Shown here piece by piece: positions 8,770-19,243 of a DNA stretch of 64,000 nt. A program made the translations under genes and the position numbers. Source of the DNA: an uncultured Candidatus Rokubacteria bacterium. GTDB taxonomy: Bacteria > Methylomirabilota > Methylomirabilia > Rokubacteriales > DASRDR01. The number at the start of each line of letters is the position of its first letter. The first letter of the stretch is position 1. Below the pieces are notes generated by a model. It had not been told where the DNA came from and did not search any database. It saw nothing but the letters and a program-made list of their open reading frames with translations. Location: the NCBI GenBank assembly GCA_963826115.1, contig CAWGVS010000005.1, positions 64,001-128,000 on the forward strand, written 5' to 3'.

Positions 8770-9691
8770 AGCGGGCGTTGGGGGCGAACTCGCGGAAGAG
8801 CGAGCCGCTGCGGTCGGCGCAGTGGCAGCTCGCCGAGCCGTCGGGCTCCGCCGCGGACTCGGCGAGGGCCTCGATCACCATGCGGCCCATGGCGGGCCCG
8901 CAGCGGCGGTAGATGGCGCGGAGGTCGGCGTGCTCGAACTCCCCGAGCCCCTCGGCCGGGTTGACCACGATCGAGAGGATGCCGAGACACATGCCGTGCA
9001 TACGGGCGAGCCGGAACTCGGGGCCGGCCGTCTTGCCGACCAGGTCGAGCCCGAGCCGCCGATAGATCCGGTCCTCCGTCGGCGTCTCGAACCAGGGGCC
9101 CGGCGTGTGGACGTACAGCGCGCCGGCCTTGACCTTCGGCTGCGCGCCGTCGCCGGCCAGGGCCGCCAGGCCGGCCAGCCCGCGCTTCGCGGCGCCCTCG
9201 AGGCTCGCGGCCAGCCGCGGGCACATGGGATCCCGGAACCGGATGAGGCCCGGCGGGACCGGACGCGGCACGACGCCGGAGAGGTCGAGGACGTCGCCGA
9301 CCACGGCGAGGTCCCACGGCCGGAGGTCCTCCGAGACCCCGCCGGTACTGTTGTCCACGAGCACGCGGCGGACCCCCGCGCGCGCCAGAACGTCGAACAC
9401 GCGCTCGCTGGCCCGCGCGCTGTTGCCCGGCGCGTCGGAACGGTTCTCCGGGTCGATCCCGTGCATCCAGACGTACAGGTAGTCCGTCGAGCGACCGGCG
9501 AGCCGGTCGGTCAGGCGGCAGAGCCGGAACGGCGGGGACGGGCCGTACGGCGTGGCGAGCTGGATGTCCGCCCGGACCACCTCGACCGAGAGATGCGGGT
9601 GTCCCGCCAGCGCGCCGTCCGGGTAGGGGAAAGCCCACGTGCCGGACCCGCCGATGTGGGCGAGCGGTACCTGGGGCGGCTCTGGCGTCAC
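8744..9691 (-). CDS. MTAP/PNP-family nucleoside phosphorylase (divergent)
   Basis: IGGSG, TPYGPS, GPWFETPTE, DLVGKT..PE motifs; start inferred at GTG 9691, downstream of a TTGTGG-18-TATCCT promoter-like site. Confidence 0.8.
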   Translation of the reverse strand: MTPEPPQVPLAHIGGSGTWAFPYPDGALAGHPHLSVEVVRADIQLATPYGPSPPFRLCRLTDRLAGRSTDYLYVWMHGIDPENRSDAPGNSARASERVFDVLARAGVRRVLVDNSTGGVSEDLRPWDLAVVGDVLDLSGVVPRPVPPGLIRFRDPMCPRLAASLEGAAKRGLAGLAALAGDGAQPKVKAGALYVHTPGPWFETPTEDRIYRRLGLDLVGKTAGPEFRLARMHGMCLGILSIVVNPAEGLGEFEHADLRAIYRRCGPAMGRMVIEALAESAAEPDGSASCHCADRSGSLFREFAPNARYGGDRRHG

Positions 9692-9844
9692 GTGGTCGGT
9701 GTCCGTGACCGGATCGGGGAGCGTCCCGCGCACGACGCGCGGGGGTGGGCCCGTCCGGGCGGGCCCAGGATAGTCGAGGACTCGCGCGGTCCACAAGGGG
9801 CCGGCGGCCGCCCGGCTCGCTCGGACGCGCCGGCGCCGCGGGCG

Positions 9845-10273
9845 TCAGTTCATCCGGAGACCCGGGACGTGGAACTCGAGGACGCGCAGCACGAAGGTGG
9901 CCTCGCGGCCCATTGGCGTGAGCTCGACGGCGAACGGGATGGTCGGATCGCCGAACTCCGACCGGAGGTACGTGGTGCCGCGGCTGACGATCCGGCCGTC
10001 CGCGTCCAGACCGAAGAGCGCGAGCGTCAAACGGGCCTCGGCGTCGATCGACGGGACGATGCGCCCCACCGCGCGGACCACCGTGGGCTCCTGCTGGAGA
10101 GCGTAGCGGATGGTGAAGAGCTGCTCGTTCACGCGCAGGGGGAGCTCTGCCGGAACGTCGACCCGGGGGCCGGTCGCGCACCCCGCCAGGAGAGCCAGCG
10201 CCCCGCCTGCGCTGAGCGCCCGGAGGGTGCGGCGCGAGGGACGGGGGCTCGCGGACGATCGCCGGGCGGTCAT
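9845..10273 (-). CDS. Hypothetical lipoprotein
   Basis: Arg-rich N-region, lipobox LLAGC, beta-rich body; ATGA overlap with EamA. Confidence 0.7.
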   Translation of the reverse strand: MTARRSSASPRPSRRTLRALSAGGALALLAGCATGPRVDVPAELPLRVNEQLFTIRYALQQEPTVVRAVGRIVPSIDAEARLTLALFGLDADGRIVSRGTTYLRSEFGDPTIPFAVELTPMGREATFVLRVLEFHVPGLRMN

Positions 10274-11232
10274 GTCGACTGCTTCCTCGGCGTTGCGCCG
10301 GCGCGTGCCCCGGAAGACGATTCGGACGCCTTGCCCCGGAGACCGCGGACGAGGATGGCCAACCCGCTCACGACGAGGACCAGGGCACCGAGCTCCGGCC
10401 ACCCCACGGGCTCGCCGAGGAGCAGCGCGCTCCCGAAGAGGCCCACGATCGGGATGCCGAGCGTGCCGATCGCCGCGACGCTTGCCGGGAGGATGGCCAC
10501 GAGACGGAACCAGGCCCAGTGGCAGAAGATCGCGCCGACGAACGTGGCGTACGCCGTGCCGAGGAGCGCGACCGACGAGGGCACTGTCGGCCAGAGCGGC
10601 GCCCCGCGGTGGCTCAGGACGGCCAGGCGGATCGCCTCGCCGACGACGATCGGGACGCCGCCGAGGAGGACCTGCCAGCCGGTCAGGAGCGCCGTCGGCA
10701 TGGTCCAGCGATACGTCTTGATGAGCACGGTGCCGACGGCCCAGGCCATGGCCGCCGCCAGCATGACCAGCGTGCCGGCCGGGGCGGCCCGGAGCGCCCC
10801 CGCCTCGGGGGCGAGCAGCGAGGCGAGGCCGAGGAGACCCAGCCCGAGCGCGACGAGACGGTCCAGGGTGATCCGCTCGCCCACCAGGAGGCGGCCGAAG
10901 ACCACGGTCCAGAGCGGCATCGTGTAGCCGAGGATCGCCGCCCGGCCGGCCTGGATCAGGGTGAGCCCGTAGGCGGAGCAGAGATGCCAGGCCGTGATGT
11001 TGAAGAACGCCACGACGCAGAGGGGCCACCGCTGGTCGCGGGGCACGCGGAGGCTCTGGCCGCCCGAGCGGACCAGGGCGAGGAGCCCGCCGCCTCCCAC
11101 CATGAGGCAGATCGTCCGGAACGTCCACGGATCGATCTCGCGGAGCGCGACCTTCATCGCCGGCCAGTTGCTTCCCCAGAGCACGGTGAGCGCGCCCAGG
11201 AGGAGCAGGCCGCCGAGCGGCAGAGTGCTCAC
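10270..11232 (-). CDS. EamA/DMT family transporter
   Basis: WGSNWPAMK, 10 TM segments, AILGYTMPLW, LLGEP. Confidence 0.9.
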   Translation of the reverse strand: MSTLPLGGLLLLGALTVLWGSNWPAMKVALREIDPWTFRTICLMVGGGGLLALVRSGGQSLRVPRDQRWPLCVVAFFNITAWHLCSAYGLTLIQAGRAAILGYTMPLWTVVFGRLLVGERITLDRLVALGLGLLGLASLLAPEAGALRAAPAGTLVMLAAAMAWAVGTVLIKTYRWTMPTALLTGWQVLLGGVPIVVGEAIRLAVLSHRGAPLWPTVPSSVALLGTAYATFVGAIFCHWAWFRLVAILPASVAAIGTLGIPIVGLFGSALLLGEPVGWPELGALVLVVSGLAILVRGLRGKASESSSGARAGATPRKQST

Positions 11233-11290
11233 CGGGCGCGGTCGGGACGCAGGGCGCGGGCGCGCGGGCGCCCCCGGTCGAGCGTGTCCG

Positions 11291-13291
11291 TCAACGGGCT
11301 CCGCGCGCGAGCGTGTCGACGATCGTGTCGACGTCGTAGACACACCCGCCCCACGTGCCGCCGCCCACCGCCTGGAGCGCCGCCCAGAGGCGGGTCTCCG
11401 GCGGGAGGTCGGGGTCGGCCGCGAGGTCGGGCCGGGGCGCCCGGCTGGCGAGGACGCGCGCCCCCTCGGCGGGGTCCCACTCGCGGTCCCCGTGGCCGAC
11501 CAGGTCGATCGAGCCCTCGAGCCGGTTGCGGTCGACGACGATCCGCACGCGATCGCCCTCGACCAGCTTGCCGACGGGTCCGCCGGCCAGGGCTTCGGGC
11601 GCGACGTGCCCGATGCACGCGCCGGTCGACACGCCGGAGAAGCGGGCGTCCGTCAGCACCGCGACGTGCTTGCCGAACGACAGGTGCTTGAGGGCGGCCG
11701 TGATCTGGTAGATCTCCTCCATCCCGGTCCCCAGCGGCCCCCGGCAGATGAGGACCAGGACGTCGCCCGCCTTCACGCCCTCGGGCCCCGTGCTCTTGAT
11801 CGCGGCGATCGCGGCCCGCTCGGTGGTGAACACGCGCGCGGGCCCGGTCTTCCGGTAGACGCCGTCGGCGTCGACGACGGACGGATCGATGGCGGTGCTC
11901 TTGATGACCGAGCCCTCGGGGGCGAGGTTGCCGCGCGGGAAGGTGATCGTGCTGGTGAGGCCCCGCGCGCGCGCCTGCTCCGGCGACATGATCACGTCGT
12001 CGGCGTCGACCCCGTCCTGCGCGCGGAGACGCTCGCGGAGCGCGCGCCGTCGCGCCGAGCCCTCCCACCAGTCGAGCGTTCGCCCGAGCGTGTCGCCGGC
12101 CGCGGTGAGACAGTCGAGCTCGAGGAGACCAAGCCGCCGGAGGTGGAGCATGACCTCGGGCACGCCGCCGGCCATGAAGACGCGCACCGTCGGGTGGTAG
12201 CGCGGCCCGTTCGGCAGCACGTCGACGATCCGGGGCACGCGGCGGTTGATCGCGGTCCAGTCGTCGACGGTGGGCCGCCGGAGCCCCGCCGCGTGGGCGA
12301 TCGCCGTCAGGTGGAGGAGGAGGTTCGTCGACCCGCCGAAGGCGGCGTGGACGGTCATGGCGTTCCGCACCGCGGCGTCGGTCAGGATGTCGCGCGTCGC
12401 GAGCCCGCGGGACTCCAGCGCGACCAGCGCCCGAGCGGAGCGTCGCGCCATGTCGAGCCAGATCGGCTGGCCCGACGGCGCGAGGGCCGAGTGGGGCAGG
12501 GCGAGCCCGAGCGCCTCGCCGACGACCTGGGACGTCGCCGCGGTGCCGAGGAACTGGCAGCCGCCTCCGGCCGAGCCGCAGGCGCGGCAGCCCATGTCGG
12601 CCGCGCGCTCGAGCGTGATCTCCCCGTGGGCGAAGCGGGCGCCGATCGACTGCACGGTGCCGGCGTCCTCCGCGTCGCGAGCGGGCAGCGTCACGCCACC
12701 GGGAACGAGGACGCACGAGAGGCTTCGCATGCCCGCGAGCGCCATCATCATTGCGGGGAGGCCCTTGTCGCATGTGGCGACGCCGAGTACGCCCCGGCGC
12801 GTGGGCAGGGAGCGGATGAGGCGCCGGAAGACCTGCGCGGCGTCGTTCCGGTACGGGAGGCTGTCCATCATGCCCACCGTGCCCTGGGTCCGGCCGTCGC
12901 AGGGGTCGGTGACGAAACCGGCGAACGGCAGGCACTCGAGGCCGCGCAGCTCCTCGGCCGCCGCCTGCATGAGGAGCCCCACCTCCCAGTGCCCCGTGTG
13001 GTAGCCGAGGGCGACCGGTCGGCCGTCCGGCGCGCGGATGCCGCCCTGGGTCGAGAGGATGAGGAACTGCGGCCGTCCGAGCTCCCGCGGGTCCCACCCC
13101 ATGCCCGCGTTCTGCGTCCATCCGAAGAGGTCGCCGCTCGGCCCGTCGAGGAGCATCTCGGGCGTCAACGGCAGCCGGCCCGCCGGCCCGGCGCCGACGG
13201 TCGTGACCTCGAGGAGCCCGCGCGCGTCCGCGTCGCTTCCGACGATCTCCTCGAATGCGATGCTCGTGCCCAGGCGTTGCCGTCCGCTCAT
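11291..13291 (-). CDS. yagF: YjhG/YagF family D-xylonate (IlvD/Edd) dehydratase
   Basis: [54 protein letters not shown]. Confidence 0.88.
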   Translation of the reverse strand: MSGRQRLGTSIAFEEIVGSDADARGLLEVTTVGAGPAGRLPLTPEMLLDGPSGDLFGWTQNAGMGWDPRELGRPQFLILSTQGGIRAPDGRPVALGYHTGHWEVGLLMQAAAEELRGLECLPFAGFVTDPCDGRTQGTVGMMDSLPYRNDAAQVFRRLIRSLPTRRGVLGVATCDKGLPAMMMALAGMRSLSCVLVPGGVTLPARDAEDAGTVQSIGARFAHGEITLERAADMGCRACGSAGGGCQFLGTAATSQVVGEALGLALPHSALAPSGQPIWLDMARRSARALVALESRGLATRDILTDAAVRNAMTVHAAFGGSTNLLLHLTAIAHAAGLRRPTVDDWTAINRRVPRIVDVLPNGPRYHPTVRVFMAGGVPEVMLHLRRLGLLELDCLTAAGDTLGRTLDWWEGSARRRALRERLRAQDGVDADDVIMSPEQARARGLTSTITFPRGNLAPEGSVIKSTAIDPSVVDADGVYRKTGPARVFTTERAAIAAIKSTGPEGVKAGDVLVLICRGPLGTGMEEIYQITAALKHLSFGKHVAVLTDARFSGVSTGACIGHVAPEALAGGPVGKLVEGDRVRIVVDRNRLEGSIDLVGHGDREWDPAEGARVLASRAPRPDLAADPDLPPETRLWAALQAVGGGTWGGCVYDVDTIVDTLARGAR

Positions 13292-13360
13292 TGGTCGCTC
13301 CTCCGCGCGCTCGCCGGTGGCGGCGCTCCGCCAGTGTACACGGGCCTCGCGGCCCGGGGG

Positions 13361-15004
13361 CTACCGGTCGGCGCGGAGCGCGCGCTCGGCCAGGGCCGGC
13401 GGGAGCCCGCCGCTCCCCGCGAGCCGGTCGTGGAAGCCCCGGAGGCTCGGGGCGTCGCGCCGGTCGCCGAGGTACCGGTCGCGGATCGCCAGGATCTCGA
13501 GGCAGCCCACCAGGTACGCCGACGCCTGGGTGGGCCACGCGGCGTAGCGCGCGACCTCGGCTCGCGCCGTCGGCTCCGTCAGGTTCGCCCGCTCCATCAT
13601 GAATCGCCGGGCGTCGTCGAGCGTCATGTCGCCGGCGTGGAGGCTCGTGTCGACGACGATCCGGGCCGCGCGGAAGAGGAGCGCCTCGACCTGGAACAGC
13701 TCGTGGCGCGGATCGGTGAAGAATCCCTGCTCCCGCATCATCTGCTCGGCGTAGAGGGCCCACCCCTCGCTGAAGTAGGGCGTGCGGAACGTGAGGCGCA
13801 CCGGGCTCGGGTGCGCCTTCATCGTGACCAGATGCCAGTGGTGGCCCGGGTAGGTCTCGTGAACGGCGGTGGTCGGGATGCCGGCGTGGCTGTTGTTCTC
13901 GAGGCGCTGCCGGACCTCGTCCGGGTCCGCGCCGTCCGGCGGGAACGGGACGAAGAAGTGGCCGCGCCGGGACGGCGAGAACGGGGGCGGGCTCGCGTAG
14001 GACGCCACCGCCAGCACCGGGCGCTGGAAAGGCGGCGACGGCTCGACGTCGCACTCCTCGCCCTCGGGGAGGGTCACCAGCTCGCGCTCGCGGAGGAACG
14101 CCCGGGCGCGCTCGGTCCAGTCCGCGTAGGCGACGCGCATCGCCTCGGGGGACGCGGGATGGTCCCGGTTCAGCTCGGCGAGCACGGCCGGCCAATCGTC
14201 CGACCCGGCCACGCGCCGGGAGAGATCGCGGAGCTCGGCCGAGAGCCGCTCGTACTCGCGGCGCCCGCGCTCGCGGAGGGCGCCGGCGTCGAGCGGGACG
14301 TGCTCCTTGTCGCGGAGCAGCCGGCTGTAGCGGGACTCGCCGAGGGCGAAGTCGCCGCCCGCCCGGCCGCGGAGGTCCTCGAGGAAGAGCGCGAACTCCT
14401 CGAAGGCCCTCGCGGCGACCGCGCCGGCCTCGGCGAGCGCGGTCCGGAGGTCGGGGTCGCGCGCCTCGGCGGGGAGCAGCACGCCCACGTACCGGGCGCC
14501 GGCGCGCGCCTGGCCGATCGCGCGGTCGACGAACACCGGAGCGACGAGCGCGGGATCGAGGTTCCGCCGCCCGTGGTCGAGCATCTCGGGGATCCCGCGG
14601 AGCCGGGCGACGGCGTCGCGGACGAGCGCGGGCTCGGGGCGCAGGCGATGGAGGAAGAGGCCGAAGACCCCGTGGAGCCCGGGCCCCAGGTAGACCTCGG
14701 GCTGGCGGCGCCACGCGGCCCACTCGGCGGTGATCGCGCGTCCGGCCAGGACGGAGAGGACGAGGTCGCGGTCGACGCGCTCGCCGGCCGTGAGCCCGTC
14801 GTCGGGGACGGCACGGAAGCGCTCCCGCCAGGCGTCGCTCCGGCGGCGCCGCGCCTCGAACGCCGTGGCGGACAGATCGTCGAGGCGCCCGTCGTACTCG
14901 GTGAGGCCGAGCCCGCTCGCCATGACCGGCGAGGCCTCGCGCTCCTCCGCGAGGAACTCCCGGCACAGCGCGCCGAACGGGGTCAGACCTTGCTTCGGGG
15001 ACAA
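13361..15004 (-). CDS. DUF885 family protein (metallopeptidase-like)
   Basis: HETYPGHH, FSEGWALYAE, RAARIVVD, PTQASAY; start approximate (TTG 15004). Confidence 0.85.
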   Translation of the reverse strand: MSPKQGLTPFGALCREFLAEEREASPVMASGLGLTEYDGRLDDLSATAFEARRRRSDAWRERFRAVPDDGLTAGERVDRDLVLSVLAGRAITAEWAAWRRQPEVYLGPGLHGVFGLFLHRLRPEPALVRDAVARLRGIPEMLDHGRRNLDPALVAPVFVDRAIGQARAGARYVGVLLPAEARDPDLRTALAEAGAVAARAFEEFALFLEDLRGRAGGDFALGESRYSRLLRDKEHVPLDAGALRERGRREYERLSAELRDLSRRVAGSDDWPAVLAELNRDHPASPEAMRVAYADWTERARAFLRERELVTLPEGEECDVEPSPPFQRPVLAVASYASPPPFSPSRRGHFFVPFPPDGADPDEVRQRLENNSHAGIPTTAVHETYPGHHWHLVTMKAHPSPVRLTFRTPYFSEGWALYAEQMMREQGFFTDPRHELFQVEALLFRAARIVVDTSLHAGDMTLDDARRFMMERANLTEPTARAEVARYAAWPTQASAYLVGCLEILAIRDRYLGDRRDAPSLRGFHDRLAGSGGLPPALAERALRADR

Positions 15005-15050
15005 GTCAGTCGGAGCAGCCGGATTGTCCGGATGACGAAGGCTGACCCGG

Positions 15051-16388
15051 TCAGCTGGCCTCGATCCGGCTCGCGAGCCAGCGCGCGGTGCGCAGGAGGC
15101 GGGCGTCGCCGTGCCGGGTGCCGACGAGCTGGATCCCGATCGGGAGCCCGTTCGAGGCGTGCATGAGGGGGAGCGTGATCGCCGGCATGCCGGCCAGCGT
15201 CCACAGGGTGCAGAAGCTCGGGTCGCCCGTGGACTCGAGGCCGTGCGGGGCCGGGCCCGGCGCGGCCGGCGTGAGGATCGCGTCGCAGCGCTCCTGGAAG
15301 AGCTCCGCGAGCCCCTCGGCGAACGCCTCCGCGCGGCGGCGCGCCAGCTGGTAGTCGAGGGCCGTGACCTCCCGGCCGCGTCCGAGCTGGGTCCGGAGGG
15401 CCTCGGACAGGCGGTCACGCCCGACGGTCCACTCGCGGTCGAGGCTGGCCGCCATCTCGGACTCCATGATCAGGCGGTGCCACTCGAAGGCGTCGGCGGA
15501 CTGGACGAGCTCGACCTCCTCCATCCGGTCGCCGAGGAGGCCGGCGAGCTCCGCGAACGCCTCGCGCGTGTCGCCGTCGACGCGGTCCCAGCGCGCGGTC
15601 TTGATGAGGGCGAGCATCGGCGGGATCGGCGGCTCCTCGGCCCCGACGGCGCGGAGCGGCACGCGCGCCCGCGGCCGGGAATCGGGGTCGCGCTCGTCGA
15701 AGCCGATCAGCTCCTCGGTCACGAGGGCGACGTCGTCGAGCGTCCGGGCGAAGACGCCCACGGTGTCGAGGGAGCGGCAGAGCGGGAGCACGCCGTGCCG
15801 CGGGATCAGCCCGTGGGTCGGCTTGAAGCCGTAGACGCCGCAGAACGCGGCCGGCCGGATCACGGAGCCATTGGTCTGGCTGCCGAGCGCGACCGGCACC
15901 ATTCCGGCCGCCACGGCGGCCGCCGAGCCGCTCGACGAGCCGCCGGGTGTGTGGGCGGGGTTGTGGGGGTTCCGCGTCTTGCCCGGCGCGTAGGCCGCGA
16001 ACTCCGTCGTCACGGTCTTGCCCACGATCACGGCGCCCGCGGCGCGGAGCATCGACACCACGGTCGCGTCCCGGGACGGCGTCCGCCCCGCATGGAGCAC
16101 CGACCCGTTCTCGGTCGGCATGTCGGCGGTGTCGATGATGTCCTTCACCCCGACCGGCACGCCGTGGAGCGGCCCGAGCGGACGGCCCGACAACCGGTAC
16201 TCGTCGGCCGCGGCCGCCTGCGCCCGCGCGAGCTCGGGGTCGAGGAACGCCCAGGCCCGGACGTCCGGGTCCACCGCCTCGATGCGGGACAGGCAGGCCT
16301 CGACCAGCTGGACGGAGCTGATGACGCCGTCCCGGACGAGGCGCGCCCCGTCGGTGGCGGAGAGCGCGTAGAGGTTGGTCAGGTCCAT
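15051..16388 (-). CDS. Amidase signature family enzyme
   Basis: GVKD, PGGSSSGSAAAV, GSQTNGSVIRPA (Lys-cisSer-Ser triad). Confidence 0.92.
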   Translation of the reverse strand: MDLTNLYALSATDGARLVRDGVISSVQLVEACLSRIEAVDPDVRAWAFLDPELARAQAAAADEYRLSGRPLGPLHGVPVGVKDIIDTADMPTENGSVLHAGRTPSRDATVVSMLRAAGAVIVGKTVTTEFAAYAPGKTRNPHNPAHTPGGSSSGSAAAVAAGMVPVALGSQTNGSVIRPAAFCGVYGFKPTHGLIPRHGVLPLCRSLDTVGVFARTLDDVALVTEELIGFDERDPDSRPRARVPLRAVGAEEPPIPPMLALIKTARWDRVDGDTREAFAELAGLLGDRMEEVELVQSADAFEWHRLIMESEMAASLDREWTVGRDRLSEALRTQLGRGREVTALDYQLARRRAEAFAEGLAELFQERCDAILTPAAPGPAPHGLESTGDPSFCTLWTLAGMPAITLPLMHASNGLPIGIQLVGTRHGDARLLRTARWLASRIEAS

Positions 16389-16422
16389 CGGATCGCGACC
16401 GGCCCGCGGCGTTCCCGTGGCC

Positions 16423-18444
16423 TCAGCTGCCGTACAGGAACTCGGGCAACCAGAGCGTCATGCCCGGCCAGATGTACATGAACGCCAGGCACACGAGCAC
16501 GATGATCATGTACGGCATCATGCCGGCGAAGATCTGGTTCAGCGTGACGTGTTTCGGCGAGACGCCCTTCAGGTAGAACGCGGACATCGCCACCGGCGGC
16601 GAGAGGAAGGCGGCCTGGAGGTTCACGGCGACCATGGTGCCGAACAGGATCGGGTCGACGTGGAAGTGGCTCAGGAGCGGGATGAAGATCGGACAGAAGA
16701 TCACGATGATCTCCGTCCACTCCAGCGGCCAGCCCAGCAGGAAGATGATGAGCTGCGCCGTGATCTGGAAGCCCAGCGGCGAGAGGTTCATGCTGAGCAC
16801 CCACCGCTCGATCAGGCCCTGGCCGCCGTGGAGCGCGAACACCGCGGAGAAGAGGGCCGAGCCGACGAACAGCCAGCACACCATGGCCGTCGTCTTCGCG
16901 GTGAGGAACGTCGACTGCTTGAGGTTCTCCCGGAGCTCCTGCGAGGTGCGGAGATGCCAGATGCCCGGGACCACGGTGCCCAGGAAGGTCCCGCCGATCG
17001 CCGCCGCCACGAGCAGCGACGCGAACGGCTCGCCCTCGTACCAGCCGAGGACCAGGCCGATGATCGCGCCGACCAGGCTCCACCAGAGAACCTCGCGGGC
17101 GTACTTCGCCATCACCGCCAGGTAGAGGGCGCCGAGCGCGCCGATCGCCGCCGACTCGGTGGCGGTGCAGATGCCGAACAGGATCACGGCCAGCACGATG
17201 AAGGTGAGGACCGCGAGCGGCACGACCGAGGCGATCAGCTCCTTGAGGATCTGGAGCTGCTCCCCGTCCATGCGCCAGAAGTAGGTCAGGAGGAGGAGGG
17301 CGGAGAAGGCGACGAGACCCCAGTACCACTGGTAGAAGTGGGCCGGGACCTTGTCGCCCGTCGCCGCGACGGGGGCTGCCGCCGAGCCCACCTCCTCGAG
17401 TCCTGCGTCGGCCGCCCGCGCCGGCTCGCTGTCCTTCACCTCGGTCTCCGCCGAGCCGAGCTCCTGCGGCGCCTCGTCGGCGGGCGGCGCCGGGGTGGCC
17501 GTTGCCGGCGCCGTCGGAGCCGCCCGGCGGACGGGCGCCTGACTGGCCTCCACGGCGGGCGCCGCGTTGTAGACGACGACGTACCACCAGGTCGCCGCAA
17601 ACGTGCCGAACGTGAGCAGGACCGGGACCGTCACCGCCAGCACGTTCTTCACGATCGTCCCGTAGCTCGCCTGGAGCCCGTGCACGAGCCCCGGCCGCAC
17701 GAGCGCGGCCAGGAGGCCGGGGACGACGCTGCCGGACCGGCCCCCCTCGAGGCGCTTCAGGTAGTCCGGGACGTCGAGGCGGAACTGGTCCGGGGGGAGC
17801 TTGGGCGCGATCTTCGGGTTGATGAGCGCCCAGCCCAGGATGTAGGCGAGGTAGAGGAACGTGAGGAAGAACCCCGGCAGCATCGCCGCCGCGTAGAGCT
17901 TGACGATCGACTGTCCCGACACGGCGGCGTAGACGATCAGCATCACCGAGGGCGGGATCAGGATGCCCAGCGTCCCGCCTGCGGTGATCACGCCCGAGGC
18001 GAGGCGCACGTCGTAGCCAGCCTTCAGCATGGGCCGCATCGCGATGACGCCCATGAGGACGACGACCGCGCCCACGATGCCCGACGCGATGCCCCAGAAG
18101 GCGCACACGAGCAGCGTCGTCACCGCCAGGGACGCCGGCACCCGCCGGAAGGCGAGCTGGACGCTGTGGAACATCCGGTCGACGAGCGCCGCTCGCTCCA
18201 TGATGTAGCCCATGAAGACGAACAGCGGCACCGACAGGAGGGTGTCGTTCGTCATCACGCCGTACGTCCGCTGCACCATCAGGTCGAAGATCTGGTTCTG
18301 CCACCAGTACTGGCCGTGGGTCCAGAAGGCGAGGAAGCCGAAGATCATGCCCAGGCCCATGAGCGTGAACGCGGTCGGAAAGCCCATCATGATCGCGATC
18401 ACGATGAGGCCGAGCATCGTGAGGCCGAGCCGGGGATCGCTCAC
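16423..18444 (-). CDS. dctM: TRAP transporter large permease with internal insertion
   Basis: PLFVFMG, GGTLGILIPPS, ATESAAIG, QAAFLSPP; Ala/Pro-rich insertion. Confidence 0.9.
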   Translation of the reverse strand: MSDPRLGLTMLGLIVIAIMMGFPTAFTLMGLGMIFGFLAFWTHGQYWWQNQIFDLMVQRTYGVMTNDTLLSVPLFVFMGYIMERAALVDRMFHSVQLAFRRVPASLAVTTLLVCAFWGIASGIVGAVVVLMGVIAMRPMLKAGYDVRLASGVITAGGTLGILIPPSVMLIVYAAVSGQSIVKLYAAAMLPGFFLTFLYLAYILGWALINPKIAPKLPPDQFRLDVPDYLKRLEGGRSGSVVPGLLAALVRPGLVHGLQASYGTIVKNVLAVTVPVLLTFGTFAATWWYVVVYNAAPAVEASQAPVRRAAPTAPATATPAPPADEAPQELGSAETEVKDSEPARAADAGLEEVGSAAAPVAATGDKVPAHFYQWYWGLVAFSALLLLTYFWRMDGEQLQILKELIASVVPLAVLTFIVLAVILFGICTATESAAIGALGALYLAVMAKYAREVLWWSLVGAIIGLVLGWYEGEPFASLLVAAAIGGTFLGTVVPGIWHLRTSQELRENLKQSTFLTAKTTAMVCWLFVGSALFSAVFALHGGQGLIERWVLSMNLSPLGFQITAQLIIFLLGWPLEWTEIIVIFCPIFIPLLSHFHVDPILFGTMVAVNLQAAFLSPPVAMSAFYLKGVSPKHVTLNQIFAGMMPYMIIVLVCLAFMYIWPGMTLWLPEFLYGS

Positions 18445-19142
18445 GACTTCCGCCCGTCGTCCTTGAGCGCCTGCTCGTGCACGACGCTCTCTTCCATGAC
18501 GCTCCGGTGCCGGGCCGCCTCGTCGATGGCCTTGGCGCTGTCCATGGCCGCGCGGCGGGATTCCTCGTCCACGTACTGGCTGTGCCCGAGCTGGGTGTCG
18601 ATGACGTCGATCTCCTCGACGTCCTCGATGCGGACGGGCCAGGAACCGGTGCGGATGCACATGACGCAGCGGACGATCTCGGCCACGCCCTGGAGCAAGA
18701 CCAGGGCGCCGGCGATCGGGATCACCGACTTGAAGTGGTACACGGGCGGCCCCTCGGCGGTGACGGTCGAGTGCTCCCCGATTCGCCAGGAGTCGCCGGC
18801 ATACCCGTAGCCCGCGTAGATCAGGGCGATGATGCCCGGCATGAAGAAGAGGACGTAGAGGCTCAGATCGAGCATGGCCTGCACGCGCGGCTTCAGGTAG
18901 ATGTAGACGAAGTCGGCGCGCACGTGTCCGCCCTGGGCGAGCGTGTAGGCCCCGCACATCATGAAGAGCGTGCCGTACAGCATGTTGTTGAAGTCGAAGA
19001 TCCACGCGGTCGGCGCGTTCAGGATGTAGCGCTTGAAGACCTCGATCGACACCACGAACGTCAGCGCCACGATCAGCCACGCGAACAGCTTCCCCGACAG
19101 GTAGCTGAACCGGTCGATGGTGCGAATCAGACTGGCCATCAT
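18441..19142 (-). CDS. dctQ: TRAP transporter small permease
   Basis: 4 TM segments, NAPTAW, GHVRADF. Confidence 0.9.
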   Translation of the reverse strand: MMASLIRTIDRFSYLSGKLFAWLIVALTFVVSIEVFKRYILNAPTAWIFDFNNMLYGTLFMMCGAYTLAQGGHVRADFVYIYLKPRVQAMLDLSLYVLFFMPGIIALIYAGYGYAGDSWRIGEHSTVTAEGPPVYHFKSVIPIAGALVLLQGVAEIVRCVMCIRTGSWPVRIEDVEEIDVIDTQLGHSQYVDEESRRAAMDSAKAIDEAARHRSVMEESVVHEQALKDDGRKS

Positions 19143-19179
19143 GGCCTCACGGGATCGGCGCGCATGTGGCGTCGGACGG

Positions 19180-19225
19180 GCGACCGGCCAGCGGTCCGGT
19201 GGTGGCCGGACGGCTGGCCGGTCGC
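19180..19225. terminator. Long GC hairpin between dctP and dctQ (mRNA stability/attenuation)
   Basis: GCGACCGGCCAGC...GCTGGCCGGTCGC inverted repeat with inner GTCCGG/CCGGAC. Confidence 0.55.
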
Positions 19226-19243
19226 GGTTCCGTCACGGACGGG

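Noticed and set aside
10994-15166. Very long antisense/alternate ORFs (1390 aa, 1245 aa, and similar ones elsewhere such as 51187-54510)
   Set aside because: Stop-poor shadow frames of well-supported genes in high-GC DNA; no family motifs
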